This document shows, piece by piece, positions 9,372 through 17,691 of a stretch of 60,379 bases of DNA. Each line of letters opens with the position of its first letter. The first letter of the stretch is position 1. Source of the DNA: Myxococcota bacterium (lineage in GTDB: Bacteria; Myxococcota_A; UBA9042; PHBI01; JAWLBL01). Below the pieces are notes generated by a model. The model ran no database searches, was not told where the DNA came from, and worked only from the letters and a program-made list of their open reading frames with translations. The stretch covers positions 1-60,379 of the forward strand of contig JAWLBL010000034.1 in NCBI GenBank assembly GCA_041687695.1, given 5' to 3'. The translations under genes and the position numbers were made by a program.

Positions 9372-11933
9372 TCAGGGGTTCGAGGCGGGGGTCGCGGTGA
9401 CCTTCGCGGGGGTCTGGTCGGCGGTCAGCCAGGCGCGCGCGGACCACTCGCCCTCGGGCGCCGCCGGCAGCGTCGCGACGTTGGCGCCCACGGCCGCGTC
9501 GAACGGGGCGTCGACGGTCGCCACGACCTCGCCCGAGGCGTCGAGCACCTCGACCGTGAGGTCGGCTCGCACCAGGGCGGTCGCGGTGTGCTGCACGTCG
9601 CGGTCGAGCAGGCGGTAGCCGGCGCTGGCCCACTCGCCGAGCCCGGGCTCGGGCGACTTCGCCATCTCCTGCGCGACGCCCGGCACGTGCATGGCCACGG
9701 TCAGCGTCGTCCCGTCGGCCTCCGCCGTCAGGGTCGCCCCCTCGGCCGCGCCGACCGCGAACGGGGTCGAGTCGAGGGTCAGCGTCTCGAGCGCGCCGCC
9801 GCCCACCGGCAGCACGTTGCAGGTCAGCCGCAGGCGGTAGGTGTCGGCGGGCCAGTCGGCCGGGACCTGCCAGTAGAAGCGCCACAGGTGGGTGCGCTCG
9901 GCGACCGTCGCGCCGGCCAGCTGCGGCGGGTCCGGGTCGTAGGCGCTGACCATCTCGTAGCGGCTGTTGTCGTAGGCGCGCCCCGTCCATCCGTGCAGGG
10001 CCGGCACGTCGACGAAGTCGTCGCCCTCCTTGCGCTGCACCTTGACGGTCGGCGAGCCCAGCGCCGGGTCGCCGCAGTTCGCGGCCAGCTGCACCGTCTG
10101 GGTGCGGGCCACCGCCGCCGGCGGCTGCACGGTGACCACGCCCGGCGCCAGCGAGTGCTCGCGCGCCCGCGGCACGAACGGCGGCACGGACGCGAGCGAC
10201 GGCGACTCCTCGAACAGCGCCGGCCCGTTCATCCCGGCCATCATCGCGTCCATCATCGCCAGGCCCTCGTCGGCGAAGAACACGGCGCCGCCCGGGCCCC
10301 ACAGGCTCATGGTCGACTCGTAGCCGCCCAGGTACCAGTCGTCCGGCGCCGTCAGATACAGCAGGTGGTCCTGGCTGTAGCCCAGCACCATCAGCTGCGC
10401 CGGCGCGCCGTTCCAGGTCTTCTTCGCCGCCGCCTCGCGCGCGTACTTCACGATGGACCAGGCCGGCTCGCCCGGCATGGTGATCATCCACACGTCCCCC
10501 AGCCGCGCCGTCGTCAGGTACACCTGATGCACCGCGTTGTGGGGCACCGGCTCCTCGAGCACGTCGATGAGCCAGCCCAGGTCGACGCACAGCTTCGGCT
10601 TGCCCTCGCTGCTGCCGCCCTTGGCCACGCCGACGCCGACGCACTGCCAGCCGCCGAAGGTGAAGGGCACGTCGAACTCGTCCATGAACTCGTCCGCCCA
10701 GGGGCGGCCCTCGTAGATGCGCTCGTGGACCAGCTCGATGCGCTGGCTGCGGATGGCCAGCTCGGCGTCGCTCTTCCAGGTCAGGGTGTCGTACAGCGCC
10801 AGGATCTTGGGCGCCGCCGCCTCCCCCAGCCGCTCGAGCTGCGCGAGCCGCGGGTGCCCCAGCGAGTCTCCCGCCGGCGACGCGTCGCCGCCCGCCGACT
10901 GCGCGAACATGCCGAAGACGGGCTTGCCCTCGCGCGCGAAGAACGCCTCCTCGAACTTGTGCTCGACGTACCCGGGCGCGTCCTCGGTGAACAGATCGTT
11001 GCCGTCGCCGAACACCGTCCCGTGCAGCGGGAAGTGCATGACGACGGCCATCGGCGCGCCGTCCGCCTTGCGCCGGAAGGCCAGCATCGACAGGCGCGGG
11101 TCCTTGCCGTAGGTCGGGTTGTTCTCGCCGCGGCGGTCGCGATAGACCTCGTCGGCCGGGTCCCAGTCGTCCTGGAAGCCGTGCGCCCACTCGGCCGGCT
11201 CGCGGGCCTCCCAGGCCTCGGCGATGGCCTCGGCGAAGACCGCGGCGATGCTCTCGGCGACCTCGGTGTCGAACGAGTCGATGCCGGCGTTGCCCAGGTG
11301 CTCGGGCAGCGGCCAGTAGCGCGCCGTCGCGTGGTGGCTGTGCCCGGCGACGGTGATGACCCGCCCGGCGAAGTCCAGCCCGTGGTCCTTCTTCAGGTGC
11401 CGCGCGATGGCGTCGGTCAGGTACGACTCCGAGCACATCAGCGGGCTCTTGACGAAGGCCATGCGCTCGGTGCCGACCTCCATGGCGATGGCCTTGACCG
11501 ACTGCTTGCCGTAAAAGCCCGCTGCCCCCTTGAGCTTGTCGGACCAGTGCGTGCGCCGGCCGTTCAGGCGCCCGCCGTAGCCGGCCATCGACACGCCCAC
11601 GGGCCCGTCGATCATCCGCACGGCGACGCCGGCCATCAGCGGCCCGGCGCCCGCCGGCTTCTCCTCGTCCAGGCGCACCTTGCCGCGCCCCCAGGTCTCG
11701 GGATCCGGCACGAACGGCACGTCCCCGCCGACCGCGGTGTCGCCCGCCGCGTCGGCCTGCCCGTCGTCCTCGTCCGCGTCGCTCGCGTCGCCCTGCGCGA
11801 CGTCCTCGGCCACGTCGACGTCACCCTTGGCGCCGTCCGCCTCGCCGCTCGCCGCCTCGCCGCAGCCCGCCGCCAACAGCGCCAGCGCCAGCCAGCCCCA
11901 GCCCACCGTCCGCCCGAACCCCGCTCGCCTCAC
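9372..11933 (-). CDS. Neutral/alkaline ceramidase-family lipoprotein with C-terminal Ig-like extensions
   Basis: Lipobox LAAGC. Motifs VSMAGYG, AGHSHH, HFPLHGT, QSAGGDASP, MPGEP and GYSQDHLLY...GGYE match the neutral ceramidase N-terminal domain. GTG start with a GAGGGAG RBS. Confidence 0.8.
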   Translation of the reverse strand: MRRAGFGRTVGWGWLALALLAAGCGEAASGEADGAKGDVDVAEDVAQGDASDADEDDGQADAAGDTAVGGDVPFVPDPETWGRGKVRLDEEKPAGAGPLMAGVAVRMIDGPVGVSMAGYGGRLNGRRTHWSDKLKGAAGFYGKQSVKAIAMEVGTERMAFVKSPLMCSESYLTDAIARHLKKDHGLDFAGRVITVAGHSHHATARYWPLPEHLGNAGIDSFDTEVAESIAAVFAEAIAEAWEAREPAEWAHGFQDDWDPADEVYRDRRGENNPTYGKDPRLSMLAFRRKADGAPMAVVMHFPLHGTVFGDGNDLFTEDAPGYVEHKFEEAFFAREGKPVFGMFAQSAGGDASPAGDSLGHPRLAQLERLGEAAAPKILALYDTLTWKSDAELAIRSQRIELVHERIYEGRPWADEFMDEFDVPFTFGGWQCVGVGVAKGGSSEGKPKLCVDLGWLIDVLEEPVPHNAVHQVYLTTARLGDVWMITMPGEPAWSIVKYAREAAAKKTWNGAPAQLMVLGYSQDHLLYLTAPDDWYLGGYESTMSLWGPGGAVFFADEGLAMMDAMMAGMNGPALFEESPSLASVPPFVPRAREHSLAPGVVTVQPPAAVARTQTVQLAANCGDPALGSPTVKVQRKEGDDFVDVPALHGWTGRAYDNSRYEMVSAYDPDPPQLAGATVAERTHLWRFYWQVPADWPADTYRLRLTCNVLPVGGGALETLTLDSTPFAVGAAEGATLTAEADGTTLTVAMHVPGVAQEMAKSPEPGLGEWASAGYRLLDRDVQHTATALVRADLTVEVLDASGEVVATVDAPFDAAVGANVATLPAAPEGEWSARAWLTADQTPAKVTATPASNP

Positions 11934-12047
11934 TTCGCGCTCCCTCGCCGGCCTGCCGCCGACCCACGGACGGGCGAACCCCCGCTGTGCCGCCCAACGC
12001 GTCTGCCGCACCCGCGGCCGCGAAGCGCCCCACCCGCCCCGGCGCGG

Positions 12048-12077
12048 AGTATCACGGCCCGCGCCGCGCGGGGTCAA
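12048..12077 (-). promoter_or_regulatory. Putative sigma70-type promoter for the ceramidase operon
   Basis: TTGACC (12077-12072) followed after 18 bp by GATACT (12053-12048) on the minus strand. Confidence 0.45.
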
Positions 12078-12105
12078 GGACACACGTGAGCCAACACGCC
12101 CGAGA

Positions 12106-13197
12106 TCAGAGCTCGGCGCGGCACGCCCGATACAGGTCCGACCAGCCGTCGCGCTCCTTGACGACGGTCTCCAGGTACTCGCGCCAGACGACCGCGTCCT
12201 GCACCGGGTCCTTGACGACCGCCCCGACCAGCCCCGAGGCCACGTCCTCGGCCCGCAGCACGCCGTCGCCGAAGTGCGCCGCCAGGGCCAAGCCGCTGCC
12301 GACCACGCTGATGGCCTCGGCCGGCGACAGGGTCCCCGACGGGCTCTTGAGCCGCGTCCGCCCGTCGCCCGTCTGCCCGTCGCGCAGCTCGCGGAAGACG
12401 GTGACGATGCGCCGGATCTCGTCGAGCGGCGCCGCCTCGGCCGGCAGCGCCAGCGCCCGCCCCAGGGCCTCGACGCGGGTCGCGACGATGCGGACCTCCT
12501 CCTCCTCGGTGGCCGGCACCGGCAGCACGACCGTGTTGAAGCGCCGCTTGAGCGCGCTCGACAGCTCGTTGACCCCGCGGTCGCGGCTGTTGGCCGTGGC
12601 GATGAGGTTGAAGCCCCGCGTCGCCTGCACCTCCTCGCCCAGCTCGGGGATGGGCAGGGTCTTCTCGCTCAGGACCGTGATGAGGGTGTCCTGCACGTCG
12701 GCCGGGATGCGCGTCAGCTCCTCGACCCGCGCCAGCTTGCCGTCGGCCATCGCGCGCATCACCGGGCTGGGCACCAGCGCCTGCCGCGTCGGCCCCTGCG
12801 CCAGCAGCAGCGCATAGTTCCACCCGTAGCGCATCGCCTCCTCGGCCGTCCCGGCCGTCCCCTGCACCAGCAGGGTCGAGTCGCCGCTGATCGCCGCCGC
12901 CAGATGCTCCGAGACCCAGGTCTTGGCCGTCCCCGGCACGCCCAGCAGCAGCAGCGCCCGGTCGGTCGCCAGCGTCGCCACCGCGACCTCGATGACCCGC
13001 CGGCCGCCGATGTACTTGGGCCGCACCTCGAAGCCGTCGTCCAGCCGCCCGCCCATGAGGTAGGTCACCACCGCCCAGGGCGACAGCCTCCACCGCGGCG
13101 GCCTCGGCCGCGTGTCCCGCCGAGCCAGCGCCTCCAGCTCCTCGGCGAACTCCTCCTCGGCGTGTCGGCGGATGACCGCCGTGGGGTCCTGGCTCAC
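12106..13197 (-). CDS. MoxR-type AAA+ ATPase (YehL-like)
   Basis: Walker A GVPGTAKT, YGWNYA, Walker B RVEELTR, TANSRDRGVNELSSALKRRF. Confidence 0.9.
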   Translation of the reverse strand: MSQDPTAVIRRHAEEEFAEELEALARRDTRPRPPRWRLSPWAVVTYLMGGRLDDGFEVRPKYIGGRRVIEVAVATLATDRALLLLGVPGTAKTWVSEHLAAAISGDSTLLVQGTAGTAEEAMRYGWNYALLLAQGPTRQALVPSPVMRAMADGKLARVEELTRIPADVQDTLITVLSEKTLPIPELGEEVQATRGFNLIATANSRDRGVNELSSALKRRFNTVVLPVPATEEEEVRIVATRVEALGRALALPAEAAPLDEIRRIVTVFRELRDGQTGDGRTRLKSPSGTLSPAEAISVVGSGLALAAHFGDGVLRAEDVASGLVGAVVKDPVQDAVVWREYLETVVKERDGWSDLYRACRAEL

Positions 13198-13276
13198 TGC
13201 ATCGCTCCCGGTCGACTCGGCCGCCGCGGACCGTAGCGAGCCCCCGCGGGGCTGTCGAGCCCGACCTGAGGCCGCC

Positions 13277-14425
13277 TCACCACGAGCCGCTGGCCCCGCC
13301 CCCGCCGAAGCGCCCCCCGCCGCCCGAGTAGCCGCCGCTCGAGCGGGACGAGCTCGAGCCGCCGGAGCTGGACCCGCTCGAAGACCACGTGCTGCCTGAG
13401 CCGGACGACGAGCCGCCCTCGCCGAACATCGCGAGCGACAGCACCGCCCACACGGCGCCGAGTCCGTAGAGCTTGCTGCCTTCGGACCACAGGTCGGCGG
13501 CCTCCATGGGCACCTCGTCCCAGCTCCACACGGCGAAGCCCACGAACAGGGCCAGCACCGGGACGAAGGCGAGCACCGCGTAGAGCTTGCTGGCCCGCCA
13601 GCCCACCACGACCAGCACGCCCACGGTGGCGCTGACCGCCCACACCGCAGCGTAGAACAGTGGAAACCCGGCCTGCCCCATGAACACCAGCGCCATCAGC
13701 GCGGCCCCGCCGACCCACAGCCCCGCCGTCCAGGGCCGCAGCGCGACCCACCGCGCCGCCCGCTCCCGCTCGGCCGCCTTGCGCCGCTTGCCGTAGAGCC
13801 GCCCGACCGGCGGCACCCGGCGGTAGTACCAGCCCCCGACGCCGGCCGCCAGCAACGCCACCAGCACCAGATCCAGCCCGCCCGACCCCAGCGGCCGCGG
13901 CGGCGCGACGACCGCCTCGCCGGGCCGCAGGTGCGCGGTGCGCTCGACGACCCCGTCCACGATCCGCGTGACCGCCGCCCCGTAGTCGCTGGCCTTCAGC
14001 GCCGGCACCGCCAGGTTCAGCAGCCGCTTGGCCTGGTGGTCCGGCAGCGCCTCCTCGAGCCCCTGCCCCATCTCCAGCCGGCTGCGTCGGTCCTTGGTCG
14101 CCAGCACCAGCAGCACGCCCCGGTCCTCGCCCGCCCGGCCGCCGCCCCACCGCTCGGCCACCGCCATCGAGAGGTCCTCGATCGGCTGCCCCCCAGTCGT
14201 AGGCAGGACCAGCACCGCCATCTGCACGCCCGTCCGCTCCCAATGCTCCCGCAGCCGGCCCCGCAGCGTCGCCTCCACCTCGGGCTCCAGCACCCCGGCC
14301 AGGTCCGTCACCGGTCCCTCGATGCGCGGCACCTCGGCCCGGGCCGAACCGACGAGGCCGGCCATGACCATCAGCGCGGCCCCAAGCGCCGCACCGCACC
14401 CCATCCCCCCACCCGCTCGCGGCAT
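13277..14425 (-). CDS. TPM-domain membrane protein (YgcG-like)
   Basis: VTDLAGVL, GVQMAVLVLPT, RGVLLVLA..DR..RLEMG.GLE. Several TM helices and a Gly/Ser-rich tail GGGGRFGGGGASGSW. Start at 14425 follows GAGGAGG. Confidence 0.9.
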   Translation of the reverse strand: MPRAGGGMGCGAALGAALMVMAGLVGSARAEVPRIEGPVTDLAGVLEPEVEATLRGRLREHWERTGVQMAVLVLPTTGGQPIEDLSMAVAERWGGGRAGEDRGVLLVLATKDRRSRLEMGQGLEEALPDHQAKRLLNLAVPALKASDYGAAVTRIVDGVVERTAHLRPGEAVVAPPRPLGSGGLDLVLVALLAAGVGGWYYRRVPPVGRLYGKRRKAAERERAARWVALRPWTAGLWVGGAALMALVFMGQAGFPLFYAAVWAVSATVGVLVVVGWRASKLYAVLAFVPVLALFVGFAVWSWDEVPMEAADLWSEGSKLYGLGAVWAVLSLAMFGEGGSSSGSGSTWSSSGSSSGGSSSSRSSGGYSGGGGRFGGGGASGSW

Positions 14426-14576
14426 CCCGCCCTCCTCGCAAACGGTCACCACTGTCGCCTGGCCCGCCCCATCCGTCGAGCCGAGCCGCTCCGCCGAACC
14501 ACCGGTCTGGCGGCCGGGCTCCCACCGTGTCACTGTCCCGGACCCAGCCGAACGCGCTCACCGCGCGTGGGCGTGG

Positions 14577-14761
14577 AACGATGTGGTCGTTGCGCCAGGG
14601 CCGGCGGGTCCGTCAGAGTAACGATCATCGCGTGCGTCGCGAGGAGCGGCCGAAGGTCGGCAACGATCGTGTCGTTACGTACGGCCTGCATCGGATGAGC
14701 TCGAAACGAAGCGCTCGTTCGCTTGCGGGTCGCGGCAGGTGCGTGCAACGACGTGGTCGTT
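14577..14761. repeat. Phased array of five palindromes AACGA-N5-TCGTT with unique 27-28 bp spacers
   Basis: Motifs start at 14577 (AACGA TGTGG TCGTT), 14620 (AACGA TCATC GCGTG, imperfect), 14662 (AACGA TCGTG TCGTT), 14705 (AACGA AGCGC TCGTT) and 14747 (AACGA CGTGG TCGTT). Periods are 43, 42, 43 and 42 bp. Confidence 0.9.
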
Positions 14762-14771
14762 CCTCGCTGGG

Positions 14772-14802
14772 TTGACAGGGGGGCGCGGCACGGCGGTACC
14801 GT
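14772..14802 (+). promoter_or_regulatory. Putative promoter (-35 TTGACA) for the gene at 14826
   Basis: Perfect TTGACA at 14772-14777, 10 bp after the last palindrome. The candidate -10 TACCGT has a non-optimal 19-bp spacer. Confidence 0.4.
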
Positions 14803-14825
14803 GGCTGCACCGCCTGGAGGACCCG

Positions 14826-15626
14826 ATGCCCAACGCACCCGCGCTCGACGAGGATCGCATACCCGCCGCAGAGATCCTGGAAGCGCGGCGCGAGCGGCTG
14901 CTGGCGCTACCGGCCGAGTCGTTGCGGCGGCCCCGGATCTCGCCGCAGCGGGCGATGGAGCTGACGGCCATCCTGTCGAAGCACCTGGCGCCGCTGCTGG
15001 GCCGGCTCGAGGCCGAGCTGAGCGAGGCGCGGGCGGCCGAGCGGCGGGCGCAGGCCGAGGGGCTGGAGGACGCGGCCATGGCGTTCTACATGGCGGCCCT
15101 CCGCGCGCGGCGGCCCGAGACCTCGGAGAGCGAGGCGGAGCGCAAGCGGCTGGCCGCGCGGGTCCGCGACCGTGACGCGAGCCTGCTGAGGTGGGCGCAG
15201 GCCTTCTTCGCCGGGCAGCCCGCGCGCGAGGCCCTGCTGGCCCACATCCGGCCCGGCTCCGGGCACAGGGACGACGCCGAGGATGTGCTGCGGCTCGTGG
15301 CGCTCTTTCGCGAAGCCGGCCCGTGGCCACCCGGAATCGCCGAGCTGACGCCTGAGGCGCTGGCCGAAGCCGCCAGGGACGCCACCCGGCTCCTCGGCCT
15401 CGCCGTCGCCTCGCGCGAGTCCGCGCCCAAGGCCCTGGACCTGGCCCGCCGCGCCTACACCGCCTGGCTGTCCGACTACGAGGCGCTGCGAAAGCTGGCC
15501 GTGTACCTGAGCCCCGACGACGCCGACACCCGCAAGCGATTCCCCGGCGTCACCGGCCGCCGCGGCTCGGGGTCGCGCCGCACCCGCAAGCCTTCGAGGC
15601 AACCGGCCACGGAGGCGGCCGAGTAG
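14826..15626 (+). CDS. Uncharacterised all-alpha-helical protein (266 aa) with basic C-terminal tail
   Basis: GGAGGA RBS before ATG 14826 and high-GC coding bias. Internal IRPGSGHRDDAEDVLRLVALF motif and tail RRGSGSRRTRKPSR. No recognisable domain. Confidence 0.8.
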   Translation: MPNAPALDEDRIPAAEILEARRERLLALPAESLRRPRISPQRAMELTAILSKHLAPLLGRLEAELSEARAAERRAQAEGLEDAAMAFYMAALRARRPETSESEAERKRLAARVRDRDASLLRWAQAFFAGQPAREALLAHIRPGSGHRDDAEDVLRLVALFREAGPWPPGIAELTPEALAEAARDATRLLGLAVASRESAPKALDLARRAYTAWLSDYEALRKLAVYLSPDDADTRKRFPGVTGRRGSGSRRTRKPSRQPATEAAE

Positions 15627-15632
15627 CGCGGC

Positions 15633-15923
15633 TCAGCGCCCGGCGATCTCGAGGCGGTCGATGCGCAGGCGGCCGATGCGGACGTCGCCCAGGGCGGCGC
15701 GGCCGATGGCGAGGGCGCCGATGCTGACGGCGCCCAGGGCGAAGGCGCCGATGGCGGTGGCCCCGATGGCCAGGGCGCCGAGTGAGCGGGCGCCCTCGGG
15801 TGGCCGAGCGGCGCGGCGTGGATGGCCGGTCTCTCGGCGATGGGAACGCAAGGCTCGCGCGCCGGCCAGGCCGGCGAGGAGCGGCCCGGCCAGCCAGAGC
15901 GAGGACCCGGTCTTGGTGGTCAT
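15633..15923 (-). CDS. Small hypothetical membrane protein with (A/S)IGA-type pentapeptide repeats
   Basis: SLGALAIGATAIGAFALGAVSIGALAIGR repeat. GGAGG RBS. Lies downstream of the di-haem cytochrome gene. Confidence 0.65.
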   Translation of the reverse strand: MTTKTGSSLWLAGPLLAGLAGARALRSHRRETGHPRRAARPPEGARSLGALAIGATAIGAFALGAVSIGALAIGRAALGDVRIGRLRIDRLEIAGR

Positions 15924-16002
15924 CGGCCTCCCCCGTGTCGTCGTGTCATGGAGACCGTCGACACGGGGGCGAAGCTGGCGAGGGGGCGAGGCCTGGCGCG
16001 GC

Positions 16003-17409
16003 TCAGAGCACCATCATGAAGGCGACGACGTCGGCCTTCTCCTGCTCGGTGAGCTTGGTGCCGAGGACCAGGTTGAAGAACTCGACCGTGTCGGCCAGGG
16101 TCAGTAGGCGCCCGTCGTGCAGGTAGGGCGGGCTCTCTTTGATGCCGCGCAGGGGGAAGGTCTTGATGGGGCCTTCGCGGTTGGCGATGCGGCCGTTGAC
16201 GTTCATCGGCTCGTGGAAGCGGGCGACGTTGAGGTCGTGCATGGTGTTGTCGGTGTAGTGGGGCGCCGGGTGGCACGTGCCGCACTGGGCCTTGCCGAAG
16301 AAGAGGGCCTCGCCGCGCAGCTCCTCGGCGGTGGCCAGGGCCGGGTCGAGGCGGCCGAAGACGTTCAGCTTGGGCGCGGGCGGGAAGTCGAGGATGGCCT
16401 GGAACTCGCTCATGTGGTGGACCTGCGAGCCGCGCTCGAGGGTGTTCGAGCCCTTCTTGGCGGCCTGGACGATGTCGCCGTCGAAGTAGGCGGCGCGCTG
16501 CTCGAACTCGGTGAAGTCCTCGACGGTCTTGAGGGCGCGCTGCGAGCCGAACAGGCGCTGGACGTTCACGCCGCGCAGGGTCGGGGTGTCGATGCGGCGG
16601 CGGTGGGTCTGGGGGCGGATGTCGCCGACCAGGTGGGTCGCGGCGTTGGTGTGGCCGTTGGCGTGGCAGTCGAAGCAGGTGACGCCGGCGTGGGCCTCGG
16701 CCGAGCGGCGGTCGAAGGTGGCGTTGAACTGCTGCTGCGGGAAGGGGGTGACCAGCAGGCGCAGGCCCTCGAGCTGCTTGGGGTTCAGGATGCCGAGGAA
16801 CAGCGCGTGGTGGTTCTCGAGGGTGACCAGCTGGCCCTGCGAGACGTCGCCGAGGTCGGGGCGGGTCGTCAGGAAGATGGCCGGCGGGAACTCGGGCAGG
16901 AAGTGGTCGGGGACGTCGAAGTCGACGTCGAAGCGGTTGAGGTCGCGCTTGCTCTGCCGCTGCACGAGGTCGATGTGGAACTGCGGGAAGACCATGCCGC
17001 CCTCGGCGTGCTTGGGGTGCGGCAGGGGCAGGAAGCCCTTGGGGAACAGGCCCCGGCGGCGGATCTCCGCCGGCGTCAGCTCGGCCAGCTGCTGCCAGGT
17101 CATCCCCTGGGGCAGCTTGACCCGGACGCCGGTCTGCACCGCCTTGCCGCGGGTCATCTTGTAGGGCGAGGGCCGGTTGGCCAGATCATAGCGCTCGGCG
17201 AGCAGCGCCTTGGCCTTCTGCATGACTGCGGGCTTCTCGGCCGACAGGCGCCGCATCACCTCGGGGAACGGCACGGTCTCGACCACCGGCGAGTAGCTCG
17301 ACGGCGGCTCGGACGCGATCGGTCGCCCGCCCTGGGCGAGCAGCGTCCCTCCGAACCCCAAGACGACCAGGCCCACCACGGCCGCGACGACGCGTACGCT
17401 TCGTTCCAT
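16003..17409 (-). CDS. Di-haem cytochrome c, CcP/MauG superfamily
   Basis: Signal peptide, two haem motifs CFDCH and CGTCH, DTPTLRG, and KTFPLRGI..SPPYLHDGRLLTL. Confidence 0.9.
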   Translation of the reverse strand: MERSVRVVAAVVGLVVLGFGGTLLAQGGRPIASEPPSSYSPVVETVPFPEVMRRLSAEKPAVMQKAKALLAERYDLANRPSPYKMTRGKAVQTGVRVKLPQGMTWQQLAELTPAEIRRRGLFPKGFLPLPHPKHAEGGMVFPQFHIDLVQRQSKRDLNRFDVDFDVPDHFLPEFPPAIFLTTRPDLGDVSQGQLVTLENHHALFLGILNPKQLEGLRLLVTPFPQQQFNATFDRRSAEAHAGVTCFDCHANGHTNAATHLVGDIRPQTHRRRIDTPTLRGVNVQRLFGSQRALKTVEDFTEFEQRAAYFDGDIVQAAKKGSNTLERGSQVHHMSEFQAILDFPPAPKLNVFGRLDPALATAEELRGEALFFGKAQCGTCHPAPHYTDNTMHDLNVARFHEPMNVNGRIANREGPIKTFPLRGIKESPPYLHDGRLLTLADTVEFFNLVLGTKLTEQEKADVVAFMMVL

Positions 17410-17691
17410 GACACCCCTCCTCAGGTTGATTGTGGCGCGGTGCAGGCATCGTAGGCCCCGGCCCAACGCCCCCGAAGGGAGAGGTCCCTAGCGGTGGACG
17501 CGGGCCTTCGCCGTGCGCCTTTTGGCACGCTGCGGCACACCGGCCGCCCGGGGGCACCGCCGAGCGCGGGCCTGGAGTCAGGAATTTCGGGCGCTTGCGC
17601 TTCCTTCGGTTGCGCCCGGGGAGGGGCCGTGTACCTTCCCCCCGTTCGCCCCTCGCGGCGACGCGACGTCCTCGACGCCCCCGAGCCGGCC

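Noticed and set aside
14577..14761. Calling the palindrome array a canonical CRISPR
   Set aside because: The conserved part is only 10 of 15 bp with a variable centre, the period is too short for standard CRISPR, and there are no cas genes in the window. Kept as an unexplained array.
17426..17445. FNR box upstream of the di-haem cytochrome
   Set aside because: Only a TTGAT half-site is present, with no ATCAA partner at the correct spacing.
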